A stretch of DNA of 64,000 nucleotides from contig NC_134035.1 in NCBI RefSeq assembly GCF_964204645.1, forward strand, positions 12,742,451 to 12,806,450. The letters are read 5' to 3'. Each line of letters begins with the position of its first letter. Within the stretch, counting starts at the first letter, position 1. Below, in pieces: positions 12,157 to 23,708 of this stretch. The notes below the pieces were generated by a model. The model had not been told where the DNA came from. It ran no database searches and worked only from the letters and a program-made list of their open reading frames with translations. The translations under genes and the position numbers were made by a program. The DNA is from Tubulanus polymorphus (taxonomy: Eukaryota > Animalia > Nemertea).

Positions 12157-15100
12157 CGTTACGTTTTCATTCTCTAAATTTTAATCACTTCAGTGTTGTT
12201 TTGTAAATATTTGTATATACACGTGTAATAGTTTTCCTCCATATACCATGGAAATGGTTGGAGTGTAAATAAAATCGTAATCGTAATCGTAATCGTAATC
12301 GTAATCGAAAGTAGAAATTATAGTAAAATGTGCCTTATTCGGTGACTCAGAATCAGGAAACTCTGTCGCGTCGAGTCTGCTGAGGATATCTAACCGAGTT
12401 CATAATCGGGTAAATACAAGTTTTTTGAATACATGAAATTCCCTAGGGTCACTAGTGCTGAGGTACAGAAGGAATACAGGATCATCCCCGGTGGTAATAA
12501 AGGACTCGGACGTGTTTTCAGCCTTTGAAACTGGGGATTTCTCATACCTGGCATAATACATTGAAACGGTACTGTATATTGAGCGATCTTAGCGTCGCTC
12601 ATCGCGTTATCGTCGTACGCTACGAAACGAAGTAAAGCCAACTGTGGAACTTGGACGACGAATCTAAATTCTTCATTCCAAATGGGATTGAATCCTAGAA
12701 ATACAGAAACGGGCAAAATAATGAACGCTTTATAACTATCGATAAGACACATATCCGTGTTGTGATAGAGAATACCACAATGAGGAAATAAAGTCCGAAA
12801 ATGTTTCCTTGAGCTAGTGTAGCTCATTCAACGTTTCGACTTTATCCTAATAGTCATCTTCAGGAATACTGCATTCCTTGAGCTAGTGTAGCTCATTCAA
12901 CGTTTCGACTATATCCTAATAGTCATCTTCAGGAATACTGCATTCCTTGAGCTAGTGTAGCTCATTCAACGTTTCGACTTTATCCTAATAGTCATCTTCA
13001 GGAATACTGTATTCCTTGAGCTAGTGTAGCTCATTCAACGTTTCGACTATATCCTAATAGTCATCTTCAGGAATACTGTATTCCTTGAGCTAGTGTAGTT
13101 TATTCAACGTTTCGACTATATCCTAATAGTCATCTTCAGGAATACTGTATTCCTTGAGCTAGTGTAGTTTATTCGATGTTTCGATTATATCCTTATAGTC
13201 ATCATCAGGAATACTGTATTCCTTGAGCTAGTGTAGTTTATTCGATGTTTCGACTTGATCCTAATAGTCATCTTCAGGAATACTGTATTCCTTGAACTAA
13301 TGTAGTTTATTCGATGTTTCGACTATATCCTAATAGTCATCTTCAGGAATACTGTATTCCTTGAGCTAGTGTAGTTTATTCGATGTTTCGATTGTATCCT
13401 AATAGTCTTCTTCAGGAATACTGTATTCCTTGAGCTAGTGTAGTTTATTCAACGTTTCGACTATATCCTAATAGTCATCTTCAGGAATACTGTATTCCTT
13501 GAGCTAGTGTAGTTTATTCAACGTTTCGACTATATCCTAATAGTCATCTTCAGGAATACTGTATTCCTTGAGCTAGTGTAGTTTATTCGATGTTTCGATT
13601 ATATCCTTATAGTCATCATCAGGAATACTGTATTCCTTGAGCTAGTGTAGTTTATTCGATGTTTCGACTTGATCCTAATAGTCATCTTCAGGAATACTGT
13701 ATTCCTTGAACTAATGTAGTTTATTCGATGTTTCGACTATATCCTAATAGTCATCTTCAGGAATACTGTATTCCTTGAGCTAGTGTAGTTTATTCGATGT
13801 TTCGATTGTATCCTAATAGTCTTCTTCAGGAATACTGTATTCCTTGAGCTAGTGTAGTTTATTCAACGTTTCGACTATATCCTAATAGTCATCTTCAGGA
13901 ATACTGTATTCCTTGAGCTAGTGTAGTTTATTCAACGTTTCGACTATATCCTAATAGTCATCTTCAGGAATACTGTAGAACACTGTTAATACTGGAAACA
14001 GTATTCCTGAAAGATGACTATTGGGATATAGTCGAGACAATGAAAAAAATACACTAGTTCATGGAAACATTTTCGGACATTATATCTTCGTTATTATTGT
14101 GGGATTCTCTTTATATCGATGAACGCCTTGCTTTCTGTATCCCCCCCCCCCACCCCAACACTAAACTGCCCCTTCTATGTACTGACCATTATTTTTAACG
14201 ACTTTAGTTTTAGTCTTCTGTTTATCGGCGTCAACACCGTAGATTTTAACCTTCACATACGGATCTGTGATGTCGTTTTTCTTGTTTCGTGTTTTCGGTA
14301 GCTGATAGCCGCTGATGACGTTGATCGTAACGATCTTCTTCCACGACTCGTGAAACGGACCTCGCGGATCGAAGTAGACTTTACCTGCAACAGAACCGAC
14401 CGAGACGGTCATAATTACTATATACATTTACAAAAATCGTCGTTGTGCTCGTTGTTCATCGTAAAGGGGTAGAATTGTGAAACTGGTTTCAAGTTTCAGA
14501 CGGTGGTGATTTCGACAATGGATCGTTAGGAGAATATATGACATAAAACCATATAGACAGGGGTTATTAATGTCTGATCGTGTGGTCTCTCGTTTTAACA
14601 TGCAACGTGCGGCAGGCTGCGGCAGCTACGGGAGCGTCAGATATATTTGAAAAGAGTGAAGAATGATGCTTTTATAAGTTGAAAAATCATAGCAGCAAGA
14701 CGAAAATATAGAGTTAAAACCGTAGAGAGGAAAATATACCGAAAAAGTGCATTAGATATTCGGGTCGTTAATTCTATTCGAATGTAAAACTATTGATATC
14801 CATATTCCCGTGAAGAGTCGTAGATGAACCGTGTTAACCTAATATCAAACGTAAAGACGGATAGTTAATGTGTTGGTCAACCGATTTCACGGGAAATCAC
14901 GTAGCGCATCGTAGTTTAATCGGGTAAAATGAGTGATTTTGAGCGATCCATCTACTCGATGAAGCCACACAATGCGCTGACGGCGAAACTTCTATCTAAA
15001 TATAATCAATGAACACAATGAGACGAATAGCACTTCATTGGTTAACTTGTTTACTCGACGCGCGAGCCTTCGCTACTATTCTCATCATTCACTTGATGAA

Positions 15101-18100
15101 TGAAGCTACACTAAACATTAGTAGCGAAAGCTCATGCTCCGATAAACTAAGTTAACCTATAAAGTACTAATCCGTCTCTGCACCAGGCTTACGCGGTATC
15201 CTGTGTGCGTGAATAAAATCAGTTAACCTGTACAGTAACAATATATCCGTCATTACGTGTAATATTTCAACAAAGTAAATATGATATGAAAGCATAAGTG
15301 CCGGCGAAAAACTTTAGAACTTCAAACCCCGCGCAAAATACAACATAGATAATTCACAAAATTCTATGACGTCATCCGACGGTGACGTATAATGATTGGT
15401 TGGCATTTTGGGTTCTTCCATTTCGTGAGGACAAAACACTGAAAACTCACCCCTAACGTCGGTTTCTGTAACTAAGATATATATACAGATATATATATAT
15501 ATATATAGATATAGATATCAGATTCACAACTGTTACTAATGTATAACGTTGAAAGGTGATTTACGTAATTCTTACCATCGCGTAGAAAATCGGGTTTGAG
15601 CACGTAACCGGACCGTCCATTATCCCTGTATTTCCCCAAATTCAGGTGCATAGCTTTACTCGGCGTTTGGAAATTCAAGGCAACTAAAAAATCGGAAAAG
15701 AAAGTTTTTTATCTGTAAAACAATACACACATTTTAGCTGTCAGAATATTTTTTAAGGGACGAAATAGGTGCATTGGGTGGGTTCACTGGATCGGAGATC
15801 ACAACGGATACAACCACTTCCAGGACTGGTTGAAACTAGTAGATTTACTGTTACTGAAAAACGTTTGAATAGTATTCTATGTAATTATTCGCCGTCAATA
15901 ACTCTACCTATCTGACAGCCGGTATTCCACGCCACACACGGTTCGTAGTTTGACGAGTCTGTGCGACCTCCGTCCGGATAAACTCGCGTCAGAAAACGTT
16001 TGTTCGCTTTCACGAAATCGGAAGCATCCCGTTCGGCGAATTTCTTCATTTTATGCTCCACTAACGATGACATCTCATAGCTCTTGTCTGAAAAATAGGT
16101 GCTTAAACAATGAACATTTCTTCGCCTAGGACCTATAGCATTTTTATCTAGTCCAAGCATATTTTCGTACATTCAACGGTCATGAGATCATAAAATTTAA
16201 GGTTTTGCCATCAATAGGGAAAATAAATCATGTACGTGGCTCTCAGAATTTACGAATTGCTTATAATGCCGTGAGTGGCGCTCGGTCGGCGGGTTGAGAA
16301 AAAACCTGTAGATAATGCCCAGAGTGGCTCTTCACGTGTTGTAGGATGAAAAGAAAGTATTTAAAACCATTTATGAACTTGATAGGTAAAAGCTGTGAGC
16401 AATTGGATGCTGGCTATGGTACAGTGGAACCTCGTTAAGACGAATCATGTGGACAAAAATGAAATTACAGGTTTCGTATTATCAAAAATTCATATCTTTA
16501 TGAATTTTTGGTATTATCAAAAGCTAGATTGATATCAAATATCTCAGCTGGAACATGCTGGAAATAATCGTAATAAACGAGTTTCGTCTTTAGACAGAAT
16601 CGTATTAACGAGGTTCAACTGTAGGTTTGTTCGACTTACTGTTGTTTATTGCATATTCAAATCCTTTAAAACTAACACTCTTACAACAGACAACTAAATC
16701 CGACAATTCACGCGCTAATTTCAGCTTTTTGCTGCTTTTTTTACGAGTAATCTCAACTTCGTCTTGTTTTATGTCGGCGGCTTCGTCTTCGTCGCTGACC
16801 TCGGCCTCGTCGTCGGCTGCCACGTCTTCAGATGGGAATTTCTTACCCTGAACAAACACAACACCATCATCAGTCCCGTTATTTGAAAATAGCAGGTTAT
16901 AAGTAAGAGTTAACTCTTTAAGTTGAGATTAGTTCATTTGCAATTCAACCGAGAATTGAACTGGTTTCAGAAACGTTTCAGTTGCACAGTTCCCAGTTAA
17001 GATTTGACGCAGATCTAACTTCTTGAAAATGAACAGAACTGACGATGGGTAAGGTAAGAAATGCGAATCTCACGTTATTCACTTACTTTGATTAATATTT
17101 TACCCTTCAATTCGGCGGGAGATGGAAGTTGGTCTAAAACCTTGCATAAGACGGGCGTCGTGTATAGTTTATCTGATTTCAACTCGTTAAGAATTCGAAA
17201 CGACCACACGAACATTTTACGAAGCAGTAGTGAACGTATGAATTCGTATCTGTTCCGAAATAGTCAAACGAATCCGCGAGAAACGAAGACTCCGTAATAA
17301 CTACAATTCACATAAATGATAAAGCCTAATACTGCCGTACTGGGGTATTGGAGCCATGTGCCTATTTTCCACGTGGCAAGACGCTATATATACGGCCAAA
17401 CGCAATAAGTGATTTACATGACATTAACCCTCGAAGTTTGTTAATTCACTGATTATCTTTACACGTTTAAATCATTCTAAGGCTAGTCTCCAGCGCTGAT
17501 CGCATGCACACGACTCTATGGCTTAGAATCTGAAATGCACGGATTTATTGTAGGTTTTCTTTCAGAAAGGATACTGCCTAATATTTCCAGTAGAATCCTT
17601 GCCATTACTTTCTGTTGTTCTATAGAACAATGGTTCTCAAGAGACAGTATCACGGGGTAACTGTAACACAGAAATAACCGAAAAAAACTTAAAATATTAA
17701 ATTCCCAAAGATTGAAAAATATCCCAGGGCCCAGTTGCGGAACAGTCCGTGACTTAAGTATAGGTGGTCTTATCATGAGAATGACTGGTTAGCCATACAG
17801 CCAAATGGGTTGAGACTGGTCAGATTGGTTACAATAGTCTTATTTCTAAGTTGTGACTGCACAACACTGGCCCCAATGAAACAAATACACACGACGAACT
17901 TACGGCGAGGTTTTAAATGCATAAGTGTTAACGATATCGATGACGTCACGGAACCGTATTTTTGATGTCAGTGTATATCCGTGATAGATGACCGGTTCAT
18001 TATCAGGACCATCCCAACAATCCACTATTACAATAACAAAAACATCAACATATATCAAACATCGGAGGGTTCTCATATGGAAATAATGCGTTATTTTCTA

Positions 18101-21100
18101 TAATTGTCATAAATAATTCATGATTTGAAATACACAACATTCTTGAAACGCTTAAGCCCCTCAAATATTTAATTTTGTCTGATTACTACTTACTCTCGAC
18201 GCATCTACAGCCGAGTTCTAATGCTCTTATATAAGCTTCTATACTACTCATACCAGTTAACTGATTATCCATTAGATACCTACAAATCAAATTCATTATC
18301 ATTATTATGTTAATACCAGCATGATTTGTAAATTTAATCACTTGCGCTATGCCTGAAGAGGGGATAATGTAACTCCCGAAAACGTTCCCTATAATAAATA
18401 TATATTACTCATTAGAAAATGAGATTTGTACTGTTTTTGCTTCTATGGATTTTGAATTATCATTATCATTATCATTATTATAATCATCATCATCATCATC
18501 ATCATCATCATAATCAACATGGTCGTCGCGGTCGTGATCGTCGTCGCGGTCGAGGCCATCGTGATCATCACCATCACTGTAAACCTTTTCAAACGCTGGT
18601 TTTATTCGCTCGTTTACTTAGATGATTAAAATGCCTTGAATTGAGTCAACAGTTTTCAAACTTTCATCTCATTACCAGAGCTGTTAGGTGGTTGGGTCCA
18701 TGACCCGGTTCCTCAGTTCGACTCATGACTCGATACTTACGTATTGTGTGATGAGTTGATGAAATAATTACATATAGGTTCATTCATGTTGTGACAGACG
18801 CTCTTTTCATTGACGGGGTTGAAAATAGTCTGATCGTACATCATAAAAAACTGGAATCCTACAGTAAAAGAAAATCACACAGAAACAACGTTAACTATTC
18901 GTGAAGCAAGCTAATACTGGGTAAGTCGACCAACAATTGATAAATGTTCAAAGAGATCTATTCTTGTATCAACTAAACCTCGTCATAAGAGAAACGAAAA
19001 GAATTCTTCAACTAAAACCTTAAATCGTTAGAAAAATAATTCTATTCAAACATCATTAATTGTAGGTTCGCTCATCAGCCAACCGGCCATTTCTGAAAAC
19101 AAATTTGTATAAAAGTTCAACCGAACACGAAACAGTTGATTTTTTTTACACGAACAAATTCAGCGAAAAAACAATACCTTCAAAACTAAGCATACGTTCC
19201 TCTTTCACTTCGGGAGAAGGCTCGTATTGTTCGATCATCTTGTTAAGCACCAAGTCGGGTACTTTATCCTGACCTTGTTCGTGTTTGAGGAACTTTCTCA
19301 AGTCTTCAGTCGTCATGTATTGAGCGTCGTCGCTATACCTGCAATACGAATTGAATGAATACTTTGATATTTTTGTGACACTTACGAAGAGTTCCGGGTT
19401 AACTTGATTTTATCAGAAATTACTCTGTATAAGCTCTGTGTAAGCTCGAATATAATAGCATACATCCCTTTGCGTGGAAAATTAATTTTAGCTCAATGAA
19501 ACATTTCGTACTCGTTTTATGAGTATAATGTCGAACTTACTCCTCAAATAAATCCATCAATTCCTGACGTTTTTGTAGATTGTGAATAAATGCAACGAAT
19601 TCGTCCATATCTAAACTTTGTTCCCCTGATGCTCCTGGTTTCTTGTTGGTGTTCGCTGTCTGTGTAAATAATACATTCAATATTCACTAGTCGATACATT
19701 CTACGGGATCAGTTTCTTAAACTCCGTTTGTTAATCTTTGACTCTTTAGTGTTGAAAATAATCGGAATGCCTAGACTCAAATACATAACCCATATCCTTC
19801 AGTTTTAACTAAATTCCTGGACCCAGATGGACAGAAAGTGGTTTTAGATCATAAGACTGATTTACGTTGTAACACTTTTAATATAAACAAAATGAGCTTA
19901 GACTGTTCTTAAGATCTCAGATTGGCTATAGAAAATAATAAGATTTTCTTGAGGCTGACGTTAAGTTGTACTATAAACTTGTCACGTAAACAAGCCCTCG
20001 AAAAACTGTAAACAAGCCCTTGAAAAACTGTATACTCAAATACTGTATACTCAGTCTTCGAACTCGAGAAGTGGTTTTTCAACTTACCTCAAACATTTCC
20101 TCGACTTTGTTCTTTTTAATGTGTATATTCATCACCGGTAGCAGATTGTGGATTTCTTTCAGGTTTAACGAACCGTCGTTATTTCTGTCGGCTTTCTTAA
20201 ATGCATTTTCAATCCATGTTTTCAGCGGTTAAAGAAATCACATTTAAATGATATAAAACTATTCTACATCATAGATTCTAACGAAAGAATGACATAAACT
20301 GCCAACCCCTGAAAACTGCTATCAATAAGTAAATCTTTACCAGGAATATTTCATTGAAATATGAATGAAAATTTTCAAATTAATCAGTTATCAACTCAGT
20401 AATCAACAGTAAGACCTTCAGTAACCTTCACACGTCCGTACACATCAGATAAAGGATATCGATCTTTTTTCTTCGACAGCCCTACGTTCCTGTGTCTAGC
20501 TATGATGCACTTCAGTCCTCGCACCCACTTGTCACGTGTATCCATATCGGCTGCCACTAAATCTAGTGACGAAATTCTCGACGATCCGAAAAATATCACC
20601 GAAAAACAACAATCCACCTGCAATGAACGTAAGTGTCGTTTATTTTGCTCTAAGAAAAATGTGCGACCCTATAGATAGAGACGACAGGTCACTCAGAGCT
20701 GGTGAGGTACTGACCGGTATATATCTTCTGTATTCCTTGAAGGTTTCAGTATTCTGACCGACTCGAATCTCCTGTACACCGTTCAGTTCATCTACAAGAC
20801 AAAACAAAAATTCTAAAACCTGTGAATCACTTTGATAAACGTAAAATAGCAGATCTATTGACTTGAGAGTGATATCTGAGTTGGATGGTACAGTAGACTC
20901 CGCTCAAGTCAGATCTTTTGACTTGAGAGTGATATCTGAGTTGGATGGTACAGTAGACTCCGCTCAAGTCGGATCTATTGACTTGAGAGTGATATCTGAG
21001 TTGGATGGTACAGTAGACTCCGCTCAAGTCGGATCTATTGACTTGAGAGTGATATCTGAGTTGGATGATACAGTAGACTCAGCTCAAGTCTGATCTTTTG

Positions 21101-22759
21101 ACTTGAGAGTGATATCTGAGTTGGATGGTACAGTAGACTCCGCTCAAGTCTGATCTTTTGACTTGAGAGTGATATCTGAGTTGGATGGTACAGTAGACTC
21201 AGCTCAAGTCTGATCTTTTGACTTGAGAGTGATATCTGAGTTGGAAGGTACAGTAGACTCCGCTCAAGTCTGATCTCTTGACTTGAGAGTGATATCTGAG
21301 TTGGATGGTACAGTAGACTCCGCTCAAGTCAGATCGTTTGACTTGAGAGTGATATCTGAGTTGGATGATACAGTAGACTCCGCTCAAGTCTGATCTTCTG
21401 ACTTGAGAGTGATATCTGAGTTGGATGATACAGTAGACTCCGCTCAAGTCTGATCTTTTGACTTGAGAGTGATATCTGAGTTGGATGGTACAGTAGACTC
21501 CGCTCAAGTCTGATCTTTTGACTTGAGAGTGATATCTGAGTTGGATGGTACAGTAGACTCCGCTCAAGTCGGATCTTTTGACTTGAGAGTGATATCTGAG
21601 TTGGATGATACAGTAGACTCCGCTCAAGTCAGATCTCTTGACTTGAGAGTGATATCTGAGTTGGATGGTACAGTAGACTCAGCTCAAGTCGGATCGTTTG
21701 ACTTGAGAGTGATATCTGAGTTGGATGGTACAGTAGACTCAGCTCAAGTCTGATCTTTTGACTTGAGAGTGATATCTGAGTTGGATGGTAAAGTAGACTC
21801 CGCTCAAGTCTGATCTCTTGACTTGAGAGTGATATCTGAGTTGGATGGTACAGTAGACTCCGCTCAAGTCAGATCGTTTGACTTGAGAGTGATATCTGAG
21901 TTGGATGATACAGTAGACTCCGCTCAAGTCTGATCTTCTGACTTGAGAGTGATATCTGAGTTGGATGATACAGTAGACTCCGCTCAAGTCTGATCTTTTG
22001 ACTTGAGAGTGATATCTGAGTTGGATGGTACAGTAGACTCCGCTCAAGTCTGATCTTTTGACTCGAGAGTGATATCTGAGTTGGATGGTACAGTAGACTC
22101 CGCTCAAGTCGGATCTTTTGACTTGAGAGTGATATCTGAGTTGGATGATACAGTAGACTCCGCTCAAGTCAGATCTCTTGACTTGAGAGTGATATCTGAG
22201 TTGGATGGTACAGTAGACTCAGCTCAAGTCGGATCGTTTGACTTGAGAGTGATATCTGAGTTGGATGATACAGTAGACTCCGCTCAAGTCAGATCTCTTG
22301 ACTTGAGAGTGATATCTGAGTTGGATGGTACAGTAGACTCAGCTCAAGTCGGATCGTTTGACTTGAGAGTGATATCTGAGTTCGATGGTACAGTAGACTC
22401 CGCTCAAGTCGGATCTATTGACTTGAGAGTGATATCTGAGTTGGATGGTACAGTAGACTCCGCTCAAGTGCGATCTTTTGACTTGAGAGTGATATCTGAG
22501 TTGGATGATACAGTAGACTCAGCTCAAGTCTGATCTCTTGACTTGTTCGTGTAAAGTCGAATTGTGACGTCATGAGGTTGATCTAGGTGATACTCACAGA
22601 TTGGCTGACCGGGTTTACAGCACAGTTTCTTGGCACTTTTATATTCGAGGATGAAATTTTCCGTATGCATTTTAAAGAATCGTGGATGTCGCCCGCCATT
22701 TCTGATCTTGGTCAGGAATCCTCCTTTACTCGCGAATTCAACGGCTTCATGAGCTGATA
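11801..22759 (-). CDS. PLCD: Phosphoinositide phospholipase C, delta-type (PH, EF-hands, X, Y, C2); common exons
   Basis: Exons 22759-22598, 20791-20715, 20617-20460, 20217-20088, 19659-19541, 19338-19178, 18858-18741, 18279-18194, 18024-17904, 17660-17575, 17172-17087, 16847-16640, 16087-15908, 15683-15576, 14384-14187, 12694-12548, 11883-11801. Motifs: [96 protein letters not shown]. The protein stops right after C2, as in the delta class. Confidence 0.95.
12805..13977 (-). repeat. 17 x 69-bp tandem array; each unit is a predicted minimal type-I hammerhead ribozyme
   Basis: Minus-strand unit: UAUUC-CUGAAGA-U-GACUAU(UAGGAU)AUAGUC-GAAAC-GUU-GAAUA. Stem I is UAUUC/GAAUA and stem II has 6 bp. 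A degenerate inverted copy lies at ~14000-14112. Confidence 0.8.
15020..15179. mobile_element. Foldback/MITE-like inverted repeat in PLC intron
   Basis: gagacgaatagcacttcattggttaacttgtttac versus taaactaagttaacctataaagtactaatccgtctc, plus an inner pair ttcgctacta/tagtagcgaa. Confidence 0.5.
16422..16621. mobile_element. Tc1/pogo-type MITE with TA target duplication
   Basis: ta|cagtggaacctcgttaagacga...cgtattaacgaggttcaactg|ta. Confidence 0.8.
17173..17574 (-). other. U12-type GT-AG intron of PLC
   Basis: 5' site GTATCCTTT; branch TTCTTAAC 13 nt before the intron end; splicing gives ILG-N-KLYTT in frame. Confidence 0.9.
17727..17874. mobile_element. MITE of the GGGCC-TIR family
   Basis: gggcccagttgcggaacagtc...gactgcacaacactggcccc. 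Confidence 0.55.
18455..18575. repeat. (CAT)n / (CGT)n microsatellite region
   Basis: Visible trinucleotide runs inside a PLC intron. Confidence 0.85.
20218..20459 (-). other. U12-type AT-AC intron of PLC (PH/EF-hand junction)
   Basis: 5' site ATATCCTTT; branch TTCTTTAAC then cgctgaaaAC; splicing gives [19 protein letters not shown] in frame. Confidence 0.92.
20851..22545. repeat. ~28 x 60-bp tandem minisatellite in PLC intron, with an internal hairpin
   Basis: Unit gacttgagagtgatatctgagttggatggtacagtagactccgctcaagtcNgatcNNtt is aligned to the 60-nt line length. Confidence 0.97.
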
Positions 22760-23173
22760 CTGAAAATACAAACCATATCACATACATATATACAGAGAAA
22801 ACTTTTCAAAAAGTGATTTTACAACGTTCCAGGACCACAGTTCTTGGTTTGACTAAATGCGGATGTGTCGCCTTGCGATCGGTTGCAACTGGTCGCAAAT
22901 GAGCGCTTTAACCCCAACGAACACGACGCAGAGAAACTACGGAAACAGGAAACAGAAACATGTTTCCGATGTTTCCTCGTGCAACTATAGTCTCTTTCAG
23001 TCGAAAGAGTAGTGTAAGTCGATTGCGACTGGGAAAAAACACCAAGAATTGAATTATTACATCGCATACCAGCAAAAGTATATTTTCGCTATCAGTAAAC
23101 TCTGATTCAGATATCAACCGCGAACTGTGGAACTGGATCCTGAAAAATAAAATATTATTGATAATCTTATTAC

Positions 23174-23708
23174 AATGATTATAGTAATCACTGGACTGTG
23201 ATAAGTTGCTGTCCAGGCGATGAAATACGAGTCCATTTTCGACGGTTTTTATCGCCGGTTTCACGTTAAACAAACTCTCCTCGTCGCTATCCGTGCGCAG
23301 TATTACTGGCGGTCGAACTGCCAAACCATCGCTCCAATATCTATTACTAAAATCAGTCGGTTGCAGGCGTGAGAAGTGATGATCGCCGCTATCACGCCGC
23401 CTCAAATACGATAACCCATCGTTCCATTTATTACGAGTCGAATCAACTTCCTTCCTCGCATCTACACGGTGTTTAGGACTGGAGGTATATCCGTTAGTTT
23501 TATTGTTTATATTGCGCGTGTTATCGGACTGAGCGACGGGAACAAACGGACGCCGATCTCCTGATTCTGAGCTGGTTGTTGTTGTTGTCACGTCGATGTA
23601 AACAGTCACTTCGATTGACTGATCGATTTTCCGCTGCCAACTCGTGCCCGTTACATTCAAACATGGTTTCAACGACAGATTAATCTCACTTTCATCCATT
23701 ATCATCAT
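23174..23708 (-). CDS. Candidate alternative first coding exon of PLC (178 aa, low complexity)
   Basis: ATG ORF MMIMDESEINL...YYNH then T|GTAATA; 535 nt = phase 1, matching the phase-1 acceptor at 22759. Confidence 0.5.

Noticed and set aside
18419-18625. His-rich ORF with a hydrophobic start
   Set aside because: Made of CAT/CGT microsatellite antisense in a PLC intron; probably chance, though not formally excluded.
20827-22533. Repetitive ORFs on both strands; CRISPR-like appearance of the 60-bp array
   Set aside because: The ORFs result from a unit length divisible by 3. There are no unique spacers and no cas genes, and the array sits in a eukaryotic intron.
22819-23139. Extra small exons between the 23.7-kb ORF and the PH exon
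   Set aside because: Splice-like sites exist, but I could not find a combination giving a continuous ATG-initiated frame.
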